This document shows positions 1 to 9,298 of a DNA stretch of 64,000 bases, piece after piece; the stretch's first letter is position 1, and the number at the start of each line of letters is the position of its first letter. The notes under the pieces were generated by a model. It was not told where the DNA came from. It was given only the letters and a program-made list of their open reading frames with translations, and ran no database searches. Source of the DNA: Candidatus Neptunichlamydia sp. (GTDB lineage: Bacteria; Chlamydiota; Chlamydiia; Chlamydiales; Simkaniaceae); contig OZ247587.1 of the NCBI GenBank assembly GCA_965233865.1, positions 320,001-384,000 of the forward strand. The letters run 5' to 3'. A program made the position numbers and the translations under genes.

Positions 1-387
1 TACAGTCTCTTTAAATAGCTTTTTCTTGTCATTGGAGAAAACGCTAGCACTAATCTCTCTAGAGATACGGTAGATAGTTTTGATGATCGGGATTTTATAG
101 AAGACCCTGTGCGCGCAGTTAATGAACCAGGAGAAAGCTAGCTTTCGACCGAAGAAGCCCAATATCAAAATAACAAAGAAAAATATGACGAGAACTACGA
201 CCCGACTAATAATAATAAGGAGGTATTTATGCTTTTCGGCAAGCTCAGTTGTTCCGTGCTTCGTGATGGCTCCTTCCACAGTCCCTACAAAGGGGGCTGT
301 TAAAAGATCGACGACAAAAACGACGAGAAAGATAGTGACTGCAATCGGGAGAAGCGTAGCAAGGCCTGCTAAAAAAGTTTTCTTCAT
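1..387 (-). CDS. DUF502-family membrane protein, paralog 2 (partial, runs off the window start; not in ORF track)
   Basis: Manual translation from the ATG at 387 (ATGA overlap with the upstream gene's stop) gives MKKTFLAGLATLLPIAVTIFLVVFVVDLLTAPFVG...KIPIIKTIYRISREIS...KLFKETV, open to base 1. It aligns by eye with the neighbouring 218-aa protein. Confidence 0.8.
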   Translation of the reverse strand, partial: MKKTFLAGLATLLPIAVTIFLVVFVVDLLTAPFVGTVEGAITKHGTTELAEKHKYLLIIISRVVVLVIFFFVILILGFFGRKLAFSWFINCAHRVFYKIPIIKTIYRISREISASVFSNDKKKLFKETV

Positions 388-1040
388 TCGGGACTTGAGA
401 GGCTTGCAGGGTGTTCGGGAGTAATTACTCCGCAGGAAACGATATATTTAATCGCTTGCTCGGGTTTTAGATCGAGGAAGATGATCTCTTCTTTTTTATA
501 CATCAAAAGAAACCCTGTAGTGGGATTCGGCGTCGTAGGAACAAGCACAGATAAGAGTTCTGAACCTGCTTTGTCGGAGCATGTTTCTGGGGCTTCCCTT
601 GAGATAAGTCCCATTACGTAAGAGCCTCCCTTAGGAAAGGGAACCATGACAACTTGTTTGAAAGAGCTTTTGTCAGTAACGAAGATGGTCTTGATAATTT
701 CCTGGGTGGTTTTATACACCTTATTAATCAATGGAATGCGATGGAGGACTTTATCACTTACCGTCAATAAGGCTTTGAAAAAGAACCATCGTGCAATCAT
801 CCCGAGAAAGAGGGTAAAGACAAAGAGGCAAATCAAGATCAGGAGCTTGCTTCCATAAAGGACCACTTGGTCAGGGGTTAGAAACAAAAAATCTTTGTTA
901 ATAAGATTGAAGTCTTTGAAGAAACCTGAGACGATTCCAATAAAGGGTTTAGTAAGAAAATTTACGATAAACACAACAATTGCAATTGTGACTGCGAGGG
1001 GCAGTAAAATAACAAGACCAGTGATGAAATATTTTTTCAT
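384..1040 (-). CDS. DUF502-family membrane protein
   Basis: Motifs FITGLVILLPLAVT, IPLINKVYKT, FKQVVMVPFP and VPTTPNPTTGFL are typical of DUF502 (COG2928). Confidence 0.85.
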   Translation of the reverse strand: MKKYFITGLVILLPLAVTIAIVVFIVNFLTKPFIGIVSGFFKDFNLINKDFLFLTPDQVVLYGSKLLILICLFVFTLFLGMIARWFFFKALLTVSDKVLHRIPLINKVYKTTQEIIKTIFVTDKSSFKQVVMVPFPKGGSYVMGLISREAPETCSDKAGSELLSVLVPTTPNPTTGFLLMYKKEEIIFLDLKPEQAIKYIVSCGVITPEHPASLSSPE

Positions 1041-1102
1041 GTTATAAAAACCTTTTCAACGAAGTTTATGCTTCCTGGATTTATTCTGCAATAGAAGCTG
1101 AC

Positions 1103-3097
1103 CTAGCGTTTTTTTCGCTTTTTGGAGAATTTCTTTTGTTTAGGAAAACGTTTCTTGGGTTTCTTAAGGATGCAGTTTAAGGCCCACTTAGTCTCCATAA
1201 CGGTTAAATTGACCTCTTCTAGAAGGACTTCAATCGGTTCTCCTATTTTATAGCACTTTCCGGCATTTTGACCAGTTAAGCTTCCTGTATTGCTGTTATA
1301 TTCGTAGTAATCATCTTTTAGGTCAGAGATGTGGATAAACCCTTCGTATTGAATGGGCGGGACTTCAAAGGAGATTCCAAACGGCTTTATTTTGCTGACT
1401 GTTGCAATGTATAGTCTATTGAGGTCCTCTGCTTGATAGGAGCGAAGAAGGCGAAGCTTCTTCATTGTAAGAACACTCATTTCTGCCTTAAAAGAGATTC
1501 TCTCTTTTTCAGAACAATTTTTAGCAATGAGGGTAAGGTCTTCTTCACTTTTTTCGAAGAGACGGCGGTGGACAATTAGATCACTGTAGCGGCGGATGGG
1601 ACTGGTGAAATGACAGTAATTTTCGAGAGATAAGCCGTAATGTCCGACATTTTCTTTTGAGTAAACTGCGAGTTTCATGCTGCGGATGTAGGCAATTGAG
1701 AGCTGCTCGGCATGAGGGCTGCTCTTGGCTAGTTCAAAAAGTTTCTGGATATCTTCAATCTCGACCTTATTCGGGAGGGGGAAGCCTAAGCTCCGTGCTA
1801 GGGCAAAGAAATCGCCAAGGTTATCATCACCTGGGGGCTCATGGACTCGAAAGATCGCTTGCTCTCCTCGTTTCATAAACTCTTCTGCAACGATCTCATT
1901 GGCTTTCAGCATGAATTCTTCCACAAGTTGGTGGGTGATATCATATTCAACGACTTCATAACCAGTAGGGTTCCCTTCTTTATCGATTTTAATGACGACA
2001 TCGGGAAGGGCTAGGTCAACAGATCCTCTCTTAAATCGTTGTTCCTTTAGACGAAGACAGAGTTTTTCCATCCTTTTAAGGGTCTCGTAGTGAGGGCTTT
2101 TTACTCTTTTGTCAAGAACTTCTTTTGCTCCCTTGTAGGTAAATCGTTTTTGGCTATTGATAAATCCACGGACAATCTTGTATCCAAGAACAATTCCTGT
2201 GGGATCAAGCTCTATGAGAACGGTGATCGTAAGGCGAATAACCTTTTCTTTTAAACTGCAAAGGTGGTTCGATAGCTCTTCGGGAAGCATAGGAACACAC
2301 GCGCCGGGAAAGTAAGTAGAGTTAGAGCGTATTTTTGCCTCAGTATCAAGAGGAGAGTCCTCTTTAACATAGTGAGAGACATCAGCAATGTGCACAGCGA
2401 GATGAAAATGTCCGTTTTTATCTTCGCTAAGAGAAAGGGCATCGTCGAAATCTCTGGCGGTATCGGGGTCAATTGTGAAAGTTTCGAGATGAGTAAGATT
2501 CGTTCTGCCTTCTAGATCCTTTTTCTCTACGCTACTCGATAGAGAGCTTACTTGACTATGGACTGCTTTTAGAAACTCTTTGCGTATCCCAAAGTCTTTG
2601 ATTGCAGCGGGGATGTCGGTATGCGCTTGTTCAATCGTTCCCAATTTATCAATCACATTGCAGATTGCGGGTTCTTTTTCATCCCCCCAATCGACAATTT
2701 CTACAAGGAGGCGATCCCCAATATTGTATTGAATTTTGTTACTTTTTTTGACAAGAGCTGTTTTTGACTGGCCTAGGGATTGGATGTACAGGAGATAGTC
2801 TCCGTTTGATTTAATGATCCAAACAACTCCAACGAGTTCTTTTTTTGACCGTTCAATAATTGAAGAGACCAATCCTTCGGGTCCTTTATCTGGCTTTCTA
2901 TCAGGAGAAATCACGATTTCAACCCGGTCGCCATCGACAGCATTCCCCTTCAGATGTTTGGGTATAAAGATATCTTCAGGAAACTTTTCGCAATCATCTG
3001 GAGAGACAAAAGCGAAGCCTTTGTGGTGGACGTGGATCGTACCTTGAGTTAAAATTCCCTTCGATACTTGAAACTTTTTATTTAACTTTTCCATCAT
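1103..3097 (-). CDS. rnr: Ribonuclease R (VacB/RNase II family)
   Basis: Cold-shock-domain motif HHKGFAFV, catalytic TIDPDTARDFDDALS, HFTSPIRRYSDLIVHR, C-terminal S1 domain and basic tail. The start is more likely the ATG at 3097/3094 than the track's 3136. Confidence 0.93.
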   Translation of the reverse strand: MMEKLNKKFQVSKGILTQGTIHVHHKGFAFVSPDDCEKFPEDIFIPKHLKGNAVDGDRVEIVISPDRKPDKGPEGLVSSIIERSKKELVGVVWIIKSNGDYLLYIQSLGQSKTALVKKSNKIQYNIGDRLLVEIVDWGDEKEPAICNVIDKLGTIEQAHTDIPAAIKDFGIRKEFLKAVHSQVSSLSSSVEKKDLEGRTNLTHLETFTIDPDTARDFDDALSLSEDKNGHFHLAVHIADVSHYVKEDSPLDTEAKIRSNSTYFPGACVPMLPEELSNHLCSLKEKVIRLTITVLIELDPTGIVLGYKIVRGFINSQKRFTYKGAKEVLDKRVKSPHYETLKRMEKLCLRLKEQRFKRGSVDLALPDVVIKIDKEGNPTGYEVVEYDITHQLVEEFMLKANEIVAEEFMKRGEQAIFRVHEPPGDDNLGDFFALARSLGFPLPNKVEIEDIQKLFELAKSSPHAEQLSIAYIRSMKLAVYSKENVGHYGLSLENYCHFTSPIRRYSDLIVHRRLFEKSEEDLTLIAKNCSEKERISFKAEMSVLTMKKLRLLRSYQAEDLNRLYIATVSKIKPFGISFEVPPIQYEGFIHISDLKDDYYEYNSNTGSLTGQNAGKCYKIGEPIEVLLEEVNLTVMETKWALNCILKKPKKRFPKQKKFSKKRKKR

Positions 3098-3147
3098 ACT
3101 TCCTATGACTGTATATAAAACTGACGATAAGAGCAAACGATACCTTC

Positions 3148-3981
3148 ATGAAAAAATTTCGCACGACCCTGATCATCAATTTAATCGGATTAACTGCTCT
3201 CTTCGTTTGTCTCTTTGGACATCAAGGAATTGCATCTGGAGGATCTTCTTTTTCTCATCAAGATGTTGTCATCGATGCTTCAACATTAAAAAATACGTTA
3301 AACAAGTATTCAAGAAAAGAGCTAGAGGAAATGCTTTATGCTGGAGAAGAAATTCTTGAGTGGAACAAGGTGCTTTCTAAAGCAGAGTCTCATATTGTTG
3401 ATCAGGTGTTAAAGGGGCAGGGAGTGTTTTGGGAGTCGGATCATTACCCTATGCAGGATACGTTTGATCAGGAGACCTATTCTCAGTATTATTACCATGC
3501 TCACCGCAAGGGGGAACATGGTCACTTTCATCTTTTCCTCCGGAAAGGCGGGATGAGAAAAGATACTTTTCCCATATTCTATGATGCAAGAAACGATACG
3601 TTGAGTGATATCGACACCTACGCTCATCTCATTGCAATTTCAATGGACAATGCAGGGTATCCCTTAGCCCTTTTTACCACGAATCGGTGGGTTACTGGAG
3701 AAGATTGGTACTCTTCAAGAGATGTAAAAAAAATGGTGGATCATTTCCACGTAAAGCACGCCCCCCCCTCTTATGTTGTTAATCGGTGGTTGAATGCTAT
3801 GCTGATTCTCTTTCGTCCCCAAATTAATCGTCTAATTGAAGAAAGAGAAGAGACTCTTGTGAGATACGCGAATGGTGTTTCTCTTAAGAAAATTCTTGAG
3901 GATCACAAAGTTGAGGCGATTTCAGAGATGCCAATCTCGATTGACAAGCAAATTGAGGTTATCCGATCTTTGTTGGAATAG
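3148..3981 (+). CDS. Conserved hypothetical protein with His-rich motif (DUF6969-like) and N-terminal hydrophobic segment
   Basis: Motifs HYP, SQYYYHAHR, EHGHFHLF, HLIAISMD and LFTTNRWVTGEDW. The family label is recalled, not searched. Confidence 0.6.
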   Translation: MKKFRTTLIINLIGLTALFVCLFGHQGIASGGSSFSHQDVVIDASTLKNTLNKYSRKELEEMLYAGEEILEWNKVLSKAESHIVDQVLKGQGVFWESDHYPMQDTFDQETYSQYYYHAHRKGEHGHFHLFLRKGGMRKDTFPIFYDARNDTLSDIDTYAHLIAISMDNAGYPLALFTTNRWVTGEDWYSSRDVKKMVDHFHVKHAPPSYVVNRWLNAMLILFRPQINRLIEEREETLVRYANGVSLKKILEDHKVEAISEMPISIDKQIEVIRSLLE

Positions 3982-4117
3982 AGAATAGTTACCTTAACAA
4001 AAAGCCAAGTATTGCTGGATTTTTTGTTTTCTAATAAATAGAAGAGAAATTCTAAAAAATTCTGGCTTCAAGCGTGAATCCTTAGAGACTGAGACTGCCT
4101 TCTAACTTGTATTAACG

Positions 4118-4146
4118 TGAAAAGGAGAGCTTTGAAGGCTCTCCTT
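4118..4146 (-). terminator. Rho-independent terminator
   Basis: Stem AAGGAGAGC (4122-4130) / GCTCTCCTT (4138-4146) with a 7-nt loop and a short T run on the minus strand, just after the stop of the small lipoprotein gene. Confidence 0.65.
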
Positions 4147-4152
4147 CAAGGT

Positions 4153-4314
4153 TTAGTAACGCTTGCAGGGACTGCAAGGTTTACAAGGTTGATCCATATT
4201 GGATGGTGCGCACTTCCCACGTTCTGGCTGAACTTCTTTCTTCTCACAAGAAGCAAGAAGACCTCCAGCAATCATAAGAGTTCCTAGGAATAAAAACGTA
4301 ATTTTTTTCATCAT
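4153..4314 (-). CDS. Small cysteine-rich lipoprotein (OmcA-like), 53 aa; not in ORF track
   Basis: MMKKITFLFLGTLMIAGGLLASCEKKEVQPERGKCAPSNMDQPCKPCSPCKRY*. It has a GAGG RBS, a lipobox LAS|C, a CxPCxPC motif and its own terminator. Confidence 0.8.
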   Translation of the reverse strand: MMKKITFLFLGTLMIAGGLLASCEKKEVQPERGKCAPSNMDQPCKPCSPCKRY

Positions 4315-4391
4315 AACCTCCGGGGTATAATCTAATCTTACCCATAGAAGATTTTTATTAGAGAGTCAACCCCTATCTCAATTAGCTTGAG

Positions 4392-4997
4392 TCAGAGGAT
4401 ACCTGATTGGATGAGATCTTCCATAAGATGAGCAGGAGAGGTGAAGTGATGGCCGTGGATGCCAAGGCGTTCAGCGGCGTGGACATTTTCGAGAAGGTCA
4501 TCGATGAAGAAGCAATTAGAAGGGTGGGAAGTGGCCTTTTTGAGAGCGTGTTCAAAGATGGCTTTCTCGGGCTTGATGGATCCTACTTCATAGGAAAGAA
4601 TAATGTGATCAAAATGAGAGAGAAAGGGGTAATTGGATTGGATATAGGAGAAGTGAGGCTTAATAGTATTAGAAAGGAGAAGAAGCTGATATCCTTTTTT
4701 TTTTAAGGTCTGAGTGAGAGATTCCATTTCTGTGCGAGGGGTAAAGATTGAAGAGGCGGCATGGAGTAGATCGTAAAGCTGAAAGGTTTTAGGAGATTTT
4801 TCTTGGACGATGGAATAAATCTCTTCATTCGTTAGAAGGCCTCGTTCATATTGATGGCTGATTCGGCGATCGATCAGCATGTTTTGAATTTGTTTTGGGG
4901 AGAGACCTGTAAGCGTTGCCACTTGGGAAAACATCTTTTCATGGCTAAAGGAAACAAGAACGTTTCCAAGGTCAAAAATTATCGTTTGATATCCCAT
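4392..4997 (-). CDS. HAD-superfamily hydrolase (YihX-like phosphatase)
   Basis: Motif I IFDLGNVL, motif II LSNT, KP motif and FIDD. ATG at 4997 chosen over the track's TTG at 5009. Confidence 0.88.
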   Translation of the reverse strand: MGYQTIIFDLGNVLVSFSHEKMFSQVATLTGLSPKQIQNMLIDRRISHQYERGLLTNEEIYSIVQEKSPKTFQLYDLLHAASSIFTPRTEMESLTQTLKKKGYQLLLLSNTIKPHFSYIQSNYPFLSHFDHIILSYEVGSIKPEKAIFEHALKKATSHPSNCFFIDDLLENVHAAERLGIHGHHFTSPAHLMEDLIQSGIL

Positions 4998-5863
4998 GTT
5001 TCTATCCAAAAATCAACGTCATATTCTTCTTTTATTTCATCTGCAAATGTAGAGGCATCCTCAAAAACTTCGCAGGCCATTGTGGCAGTTGCCAGGGCAT
5101 CAGCCAAAGCGCAGGTGGGAGCTCGAACGGTCACTTTATGGACCATGCCATTTTCAACTTTTAACATGGCTCCTGTCAGGGGATTAATAATATGGGTATA
5201 AGTGGTATCTTCTATGTCCCACAGTTGCTCCTCGCACCCACTAGTTGCAAGTGCTCCTTCTTCGAATTCTATGATTTCTTTATCAATCAATATTTTCCAA
5301 TTCCTTCCACTTGGGTGCCTTCCTTTGACCCGGATATCCCCTCCCCACTCTACGTACATATGTTTATAGCCTTTTTCTGTCAATTTCTCAGTGATTTTAT
5401 CAATGGTAAATCCTTTGAGCATTCCATCAAGATCATAGACTTTTGGATAGAAACCTCCAGGAAGTCTTGAGGAGGTTTTAAACAGTTTGAGCTGCACTCC
5501 AAGACCAGGATCAAATCGCCCTTTGGTGATCTTTTTGTAGTGGTGGGCCAGAACAAGAATCGGAAGGAGTTTTGAGGAGGTAGGGTCTGTAGAGAGCAGA
5601 GATTTGGGGTTCCAGTGATTATATAATCTGTCGATTTCCTTAAAGGTGTCGGAAAGAAGTTTCTCAACCTCTTTTTTTTCTCCGGAAGAAATAGAGCATC
5701 CAAGTTGAATATGGTAAGGGTGGGTATGTGCTAGTCCTTTAAAATGGGTAGGGGATTTTGAGCAGCTAAAGCAGAAAAAGAGAAGAAGGAAAATTATATG
5801 TATCCCACTGCATTTAAAAATTAGTTTTGAGCAATGTGAAAGTTTTCGAAATTTTTCTATCAT
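4979..5863 (-). CDS. apbE: FAD:protein FMN transferase (ApbE), lipoprotein
   Basis: Motifs DLDGMLKGFTID, VEWGGDIR, LATSG, HIINPLTG and ADALATA, plus lipobox FCFSC. Start codon uncertain. Confidence 0.85.
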   Translation of the reverse strand: MIEKFRKLSHCSKLIFKCSGIHIIFLLLFFCFSCSKSPTHFKGLAHTHPYHIQLGCSISSGEKKEVEKLLSDTFKEIDRLYNHWNPKSLLSTDPTSSKLLPILVLAHHYKKITKGRFDPGLGVQLKLFKTSSRLPGGFYPKVYDLDGMLKGFTIDKITEKLTEKGYKHMYVEWGGDIRVKGRHPSGRNWKILIDKEIIEFEEGALATSGCEEQLWDIEDTTYTHIINPLTGAMLKVENGMVHKVTVRAPTCALADALATATMACEVFEDASTFADEIKEEYDVDFWIETWDIKR

Positions 5864-5948
5864 AAATAACCTAATATTAATGAGATATAGTTGTTTATGA
5901 TCAGAAAATTGCGGTGCTTTGGCGCCGCTAAACATCCAATTTTTGCGT

Positions 5949-6806
5949 TTATTTGGGTATGTTTTTGCATGCGTTCTTGTAACTCTCGTAGGTATTGGTA
6001 AAAAGTGTTGCGATGGTCATGGGGCCCACACCACCTGGAACAGGGGTAATGGCTGATGCAACATCTTTGACGTTTTCGAAATCGACATCTCCAAGGAGGC
6101 CTTGGTCTGTTTGGTTAATGCCGACATCAATCACGACTGCTCCTGGCTTCACCATATCTGCTGTGATAAAGTGGGGGCGTCCTATGGCTGCAATGAGAAG
6201 ATCGGCTCGTTTGCAAACCTCTTTGAGGTTTGTGGTCCGACTATGAGCAATCGTAACCGTGGCATTTGTTCCTTTTTGAATCAAGAGGGCTGCAAGGGGT
6301 TTGCCAACGATGTTGCTCCGTCCAATCACAGCTGCTTCTATTCCATCCGTTGTGATTCCACTTCGCTCAATCATTTTCATAATTCCAAGAGGGGTGCAAG
6401 CAATAAAACCTCCAGTGGTACCTAAGAGGAGCCGTCCTAGATTGGCTGGGTGAAACCCGTCGACATCTTTACTGGGGTCGATAGCCTCAACAATCTTAGC
6501 TGTTGAAATGTGATTGGGAAAAGGTTGTTGGATGAGGATTCCATCGATATTAGGATCGTTATTGAGACGATTGATTTTTTTAAGCAGATCTTTTTCCGTG
6601 ACATCTGCAGGGAGTCTAAGGATTTCAGAGTGGATTCCCACTTCAAGACATCCTTTTCTCTTCATTTGGACATAGGTTTTTGAGGCATGGTCTTCGCCGA
6701 TTAAAATAAAGGCTAGCCCAGGTTTTCTTCCAGAAATTTTGTCGATGTCTGTTTTGAGTTCTTCCTGGATTTTTTTTGCTATGGCCTTGCCATCAATTAG
6801 CTTCAT
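5949..6806 (-). CDS. folD: Bifunctional methylene-THF dehydrogenase/cyclohydrolase
   Basis: Motifs LIDGKAIA, KDVDGFHP, GRSNIVGKP and TPVPGGVGPMT. Confidence 0.97.
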   Translation of the reverse strand: MKLIDGKAIAKKIQEELKTDIDKISGRKPGLAFILIGEDHASKTYVQMKRKGCLEVGIHSEILRLPADVTEKDLLKKINRLNNDPNIDGILIQQPFPNHISTAKIVEAIDPSKDVDGFHPANLGRLLLGTTGGFIACTPLGIMKMIERSGITTDGIEAAVIGRSNIVGKPLAALLIQKGTNATVTIAHSRTTNLKEVCKRADLLIAAIGRPHFITADMVKPGAVVIDVGINQTDQGLLGDVDFENVKDVASAITPVPGGVGPMTIATLFTNTYESYKNACKNIPK

Positions 6807-6808
6807 CC

Positions 6809-6938
6809 TTTTTCTCCAAAGTCGTATGCACCTATTTCGGAGAGAAAATGTAGAATGGGTTCAGAGGTTTCCAAAGAAAATAGGCTTTTAGGTCGAAACA
6901 AACCACAGGTTGGTTTGTGAGAGCGAAAAGCCTGTTTT
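6809..6938. repeat. Structured intergenic element with nested inverted repeats in the suhB-folD spacer
   Basis: AAAATAGGCTTTT (6877-6889) / AAAAGCCTGTTTT (6926-6938) encloses ACAAACCA / TGGTTTGT. A second hairpin, TTTCTCCAAA / TTCGGAGAGAAA (6811-6847), covers the folD RBS. Confidence 0.5.
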
Positions 6939-6955
6939 AATTGAAAAATCGAGCC

Positions 6956-7795
6956 TTACTCACTGCTTTCTTTCTCAAGATTGGTACTAATTCGTTTTAC
7001 CACTTGATCGTGGAGCATCCCATTTGAGGCGACAATGGGCCCCTCTATAAGAGAGGCATAGGGTTTCCCTTCAAAGTTAGTGACCAAACCACCAGCTTCC
7101 TCGATGAGGAGTTTTCCTGCGGCATAGTCCCATGGTTTCAAAGAGACTTCCCAAAAAGTGTCATAGCGTCCCGCTGCAACATACGCTAAATCGATTGCTG
7201 CAGACCCAATGCGCCGAAGTGGGATACCCATTCTAGCAAATGAGTTAAAATGGTCCAAGCAACAAAGTGGATTTTCATGCACGTTATAGGGAAAACCGGT
7301 TGCAGCTATGGCGCTATCGAGTACAGCGGTCTCTGTAACTTTGAGCTTTTCTCCATTGAAATAGGCTCCATTTCCCTTTTCGGCAATAAAAAGTTCATTC
7401 ACCATCGGGTTATAGACGACTCCTGAAAGAACTTCATTTTGGCAGCAAGCAGCAACGCTAATTGAAAACATGGGAATTTTATGGGCAAAATTTACCGTTC
7501 CATCGATTGGATCGATGATCCACTGAATTCCCCCTTTTCCATTTCCTGATATACCGCTCTCTTCTGCTAAAAACGCGTGGTCAGAAAAATGAGCTTTAAT
7601 AGATTCAATGATCACTGCTTCAGATTTTTTATCCCATTCAGTAACAATATGATGACGCCCTTCTTTTGTTTCAAAATTCATTGGAGTTCCAAACCCCTTC
7701 TTTAGAACTTCCCCAGCTTTTTGAGCTGCGAGGACTGCTACTAAAGTTAGTCTTGAACGGAGAAGGTTAGGTAAATCGAGATCATTAGGTGCCAT
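6956..7795 (-). CDS. suhB: Inositol monophosphatase family protein
   Basis: Motifs LAEESG, WIIDPIDGTVNF, RRIGSAAIDLAYVAAGR and PWDYAAG. Confidence 0.9.
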   Translation of the reverse strand: MAPNDLDLPNLLRSRLTLVAVLAAQKAGEVLKKGFGTPMNFETKEGRHHIVTEWDKKSEAVIIESIKAHFSDHAFLAEESGISGNGKGGIQWIIDPIDGTVNFAHKIPMFSISVAACCQNEVLSGVVYNPMVNELFIAEKGNGAYFNGEKLKVTETAVLDSAIAATGFPYNVHENPLCCLDHFNSFARMGIPLRRIGSAAIDLAYVAAGRYDTFWEVSLKPWDYAAGKLLIEEAGGLVTNFEGKPYASLIEGPIVASNGMLHDQVVKRISTNLEKESSE

Positions 7796-8318
7796 GGATA
7801 TTCTCCTCTTCCTTCTTTCTAGATTCTTTTTTCAAAAAATGGAAGCGAAACCACTGCTTTTTTAGGAAGCGGTAGATTATCAAGGGATAAGAAAAAAAGA
7901 AAAGGGCATAAAGGGCATCAGCAAGTGGAAGAAGAAGAAAATCAGTGACAAAACCCTTTAAAGTAAAAGGGAAAGTAGGATCATGGAGGAAGTAAGAGAT
8001 ACGGTTTAAGAGGGTCAAAAAAACCGAAATAATTAAGGTGTAGGAAAAAAGACCCACTGGCTTATCTACAAAGTAGATTCGATAGCGGTAGAGAAAAAAA
8101 GTCGCGGCTATGGCAATAAGGGTTTGAGTGCCAAAGAAGCTCATTGAAAGAAGGTCGAGGATAAATCCACATCCTGCTGAAATCCAAAGCGCCATGATTA
8201 AGCTAGAGCGTCGGTATGTAATTGCATAGAAGGGGGTAAAAAGCATCAATGGAAGAGGAACAAAAAGAGTGAAGCAAAAAGCAAGTAGAAAGTAGGGCCA
8301 AATGCGTTGCTTTTTCAT
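7785..8318 (-). CDS. Membrane protein, possibly MreD-like
   Basis: About 5 hydrophobic helices and the segment GFILDLLS..FG, which resembles MreD. Start at 8318 inferred from the ATGA overlap with the galE stop. Confidence 0.45.
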   Translation of the reverse strand: MKKQRIWPYFLLAFCFTLFVPLPLMLFTPFYAITYRRSSLIMALWISAGCGFILDLLSMSFFGTQTLIAIAATFFLYRYRIYFVDKPVGLFSYTLIISVFLTLLNRISYFLHDPTFPFTLKGFVTDFLLLPLADALYALFFFSYPLIIYRFLKKQWFRFHFLKKESRKKEEENIHGT

Positions 8319-9298
8319 ACTGTTGCGGCTGCGTTCTGCCAATCCCAAGCGGTTTCAATGATTGTCCGTATATCAGAATATTGAGGAGTCCAACCAAGGA
8401 TACTTTGAGCTTTTTCGGCATTGGCGATAAGAATCGGAGGATCTCCTGGGACCCTCTCTCCTGATACAATTGGAATTTTTAGATCCCACCCTCTTTCAAT
8501 GGTGTCTATCACCTCCTTGACGGAGTGCCCTTTTCCTGTCCCCAAGTTTAAGGTGAAATTTTTCTCCTGCGCAATCATGCATTCAAATGCTCTCACATGA
8601 GCGTCTGCTAGGTCCGTTACGTGGATAAAATCACGAACCGGAGTCCCATCTTTAGTTTCATGATCTTCTCCAAAGAGAGTAAAGTGGGGGCGCTTGCCCA
8701 TTGCAGTTTGGATGAGAAGGGGGATAAGATGAGTTTCGGGATGGTGGGACTCTCCAATCTCTCCATCAGGGTCGGCGCCCGCAGCATTAAAGTAGCGAAG
8801 CGTTGCAATTTTTAGTCCATGAGATTGGCTTGCTGTTTGAAGAATTCTCTCAACCACCCATTTGGACTCCCCATAAGTATTAATGGGACATTTTGGATGC
8901 GTTTCATCTATGGGGATTTTCTTTGGCATTCCATAGATGGAGCAGGTGCTTGAAAAAACAAAGTATGAGACTCTTCGTTGTTTTAAGACTTCTAAGAGAT
9001 TAAGAGTTGCACCTACGTTGTTTTGATAGTATTGAAGAGGAATACGGTGGGATTCTCGAACATTAGAAAGCGCTGCAAGATGAATGGCCCCAAGGATTGG
9101 ATAATCACCAAGGAGTTTGTGGAGTAGTACTTTATCCCCGCAGCTTCCTTGGATAAGGGGCCCCCACTTGACAGCCGATTTGTGCCCCAAGGAAAGGTTG
9201 TCGATTGTAACAGGGGTGTATCCTTGTTGAAACAAGGATTTGCAGACATGGCTTCCAATGTATCCTGCGCCTCCTGTAACAAGGACATGTTTCATCAA
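8315..9298 (-). CDS. galE: UDP-glucose 4-epimerase
   Basis: Motifs TGGAGYIGSH, FSSTCSIYG, YGESK, LRYFNAAGA and DGTPVRDFIHV. Confidence 0.95.
   Translation of the reverse strand: MMKHVLVTGGAGYIGSHVCKSLFQQGYTPVTIDNLSLGHKSAVKWGPLIQGSCGDKVLLHKLLGDYPILGAIHLAALSNVRESHRIPLQYYQNNVGATLNLLEVLKQRRVSYFVFSSTCSIYGMPKKIPIDETHPKCPINTYGESKWVVERILQTASQSHGLKIATLRYFNAAGADPDGEIGESHHPETHLIPLLIQTAMGKRPHFTLFGEDHETKDGTPVRDFIHVTDLADAHVRAFECMIAQEKNFTLNLGTGKGHSVKEVIDTIERGWDLKIPIVSGERVPGDPPILIANAEKAQSILGWTPQYSDIRTIIETAWDWQNAAATV

Noticed and set aside
122..424. 100-aa + strand ORF
   Set aside because: Antisense shadow of the DUF502 paralog on the minus strand (1-387).
6809..6955. THF or ZTP riboswitch upstream of folD
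   Set aside because: I could not find the conserved ZTP (GACUGGCG...CGCCUGGGC) or THF consensus elements; kept only as an unassigned structure.
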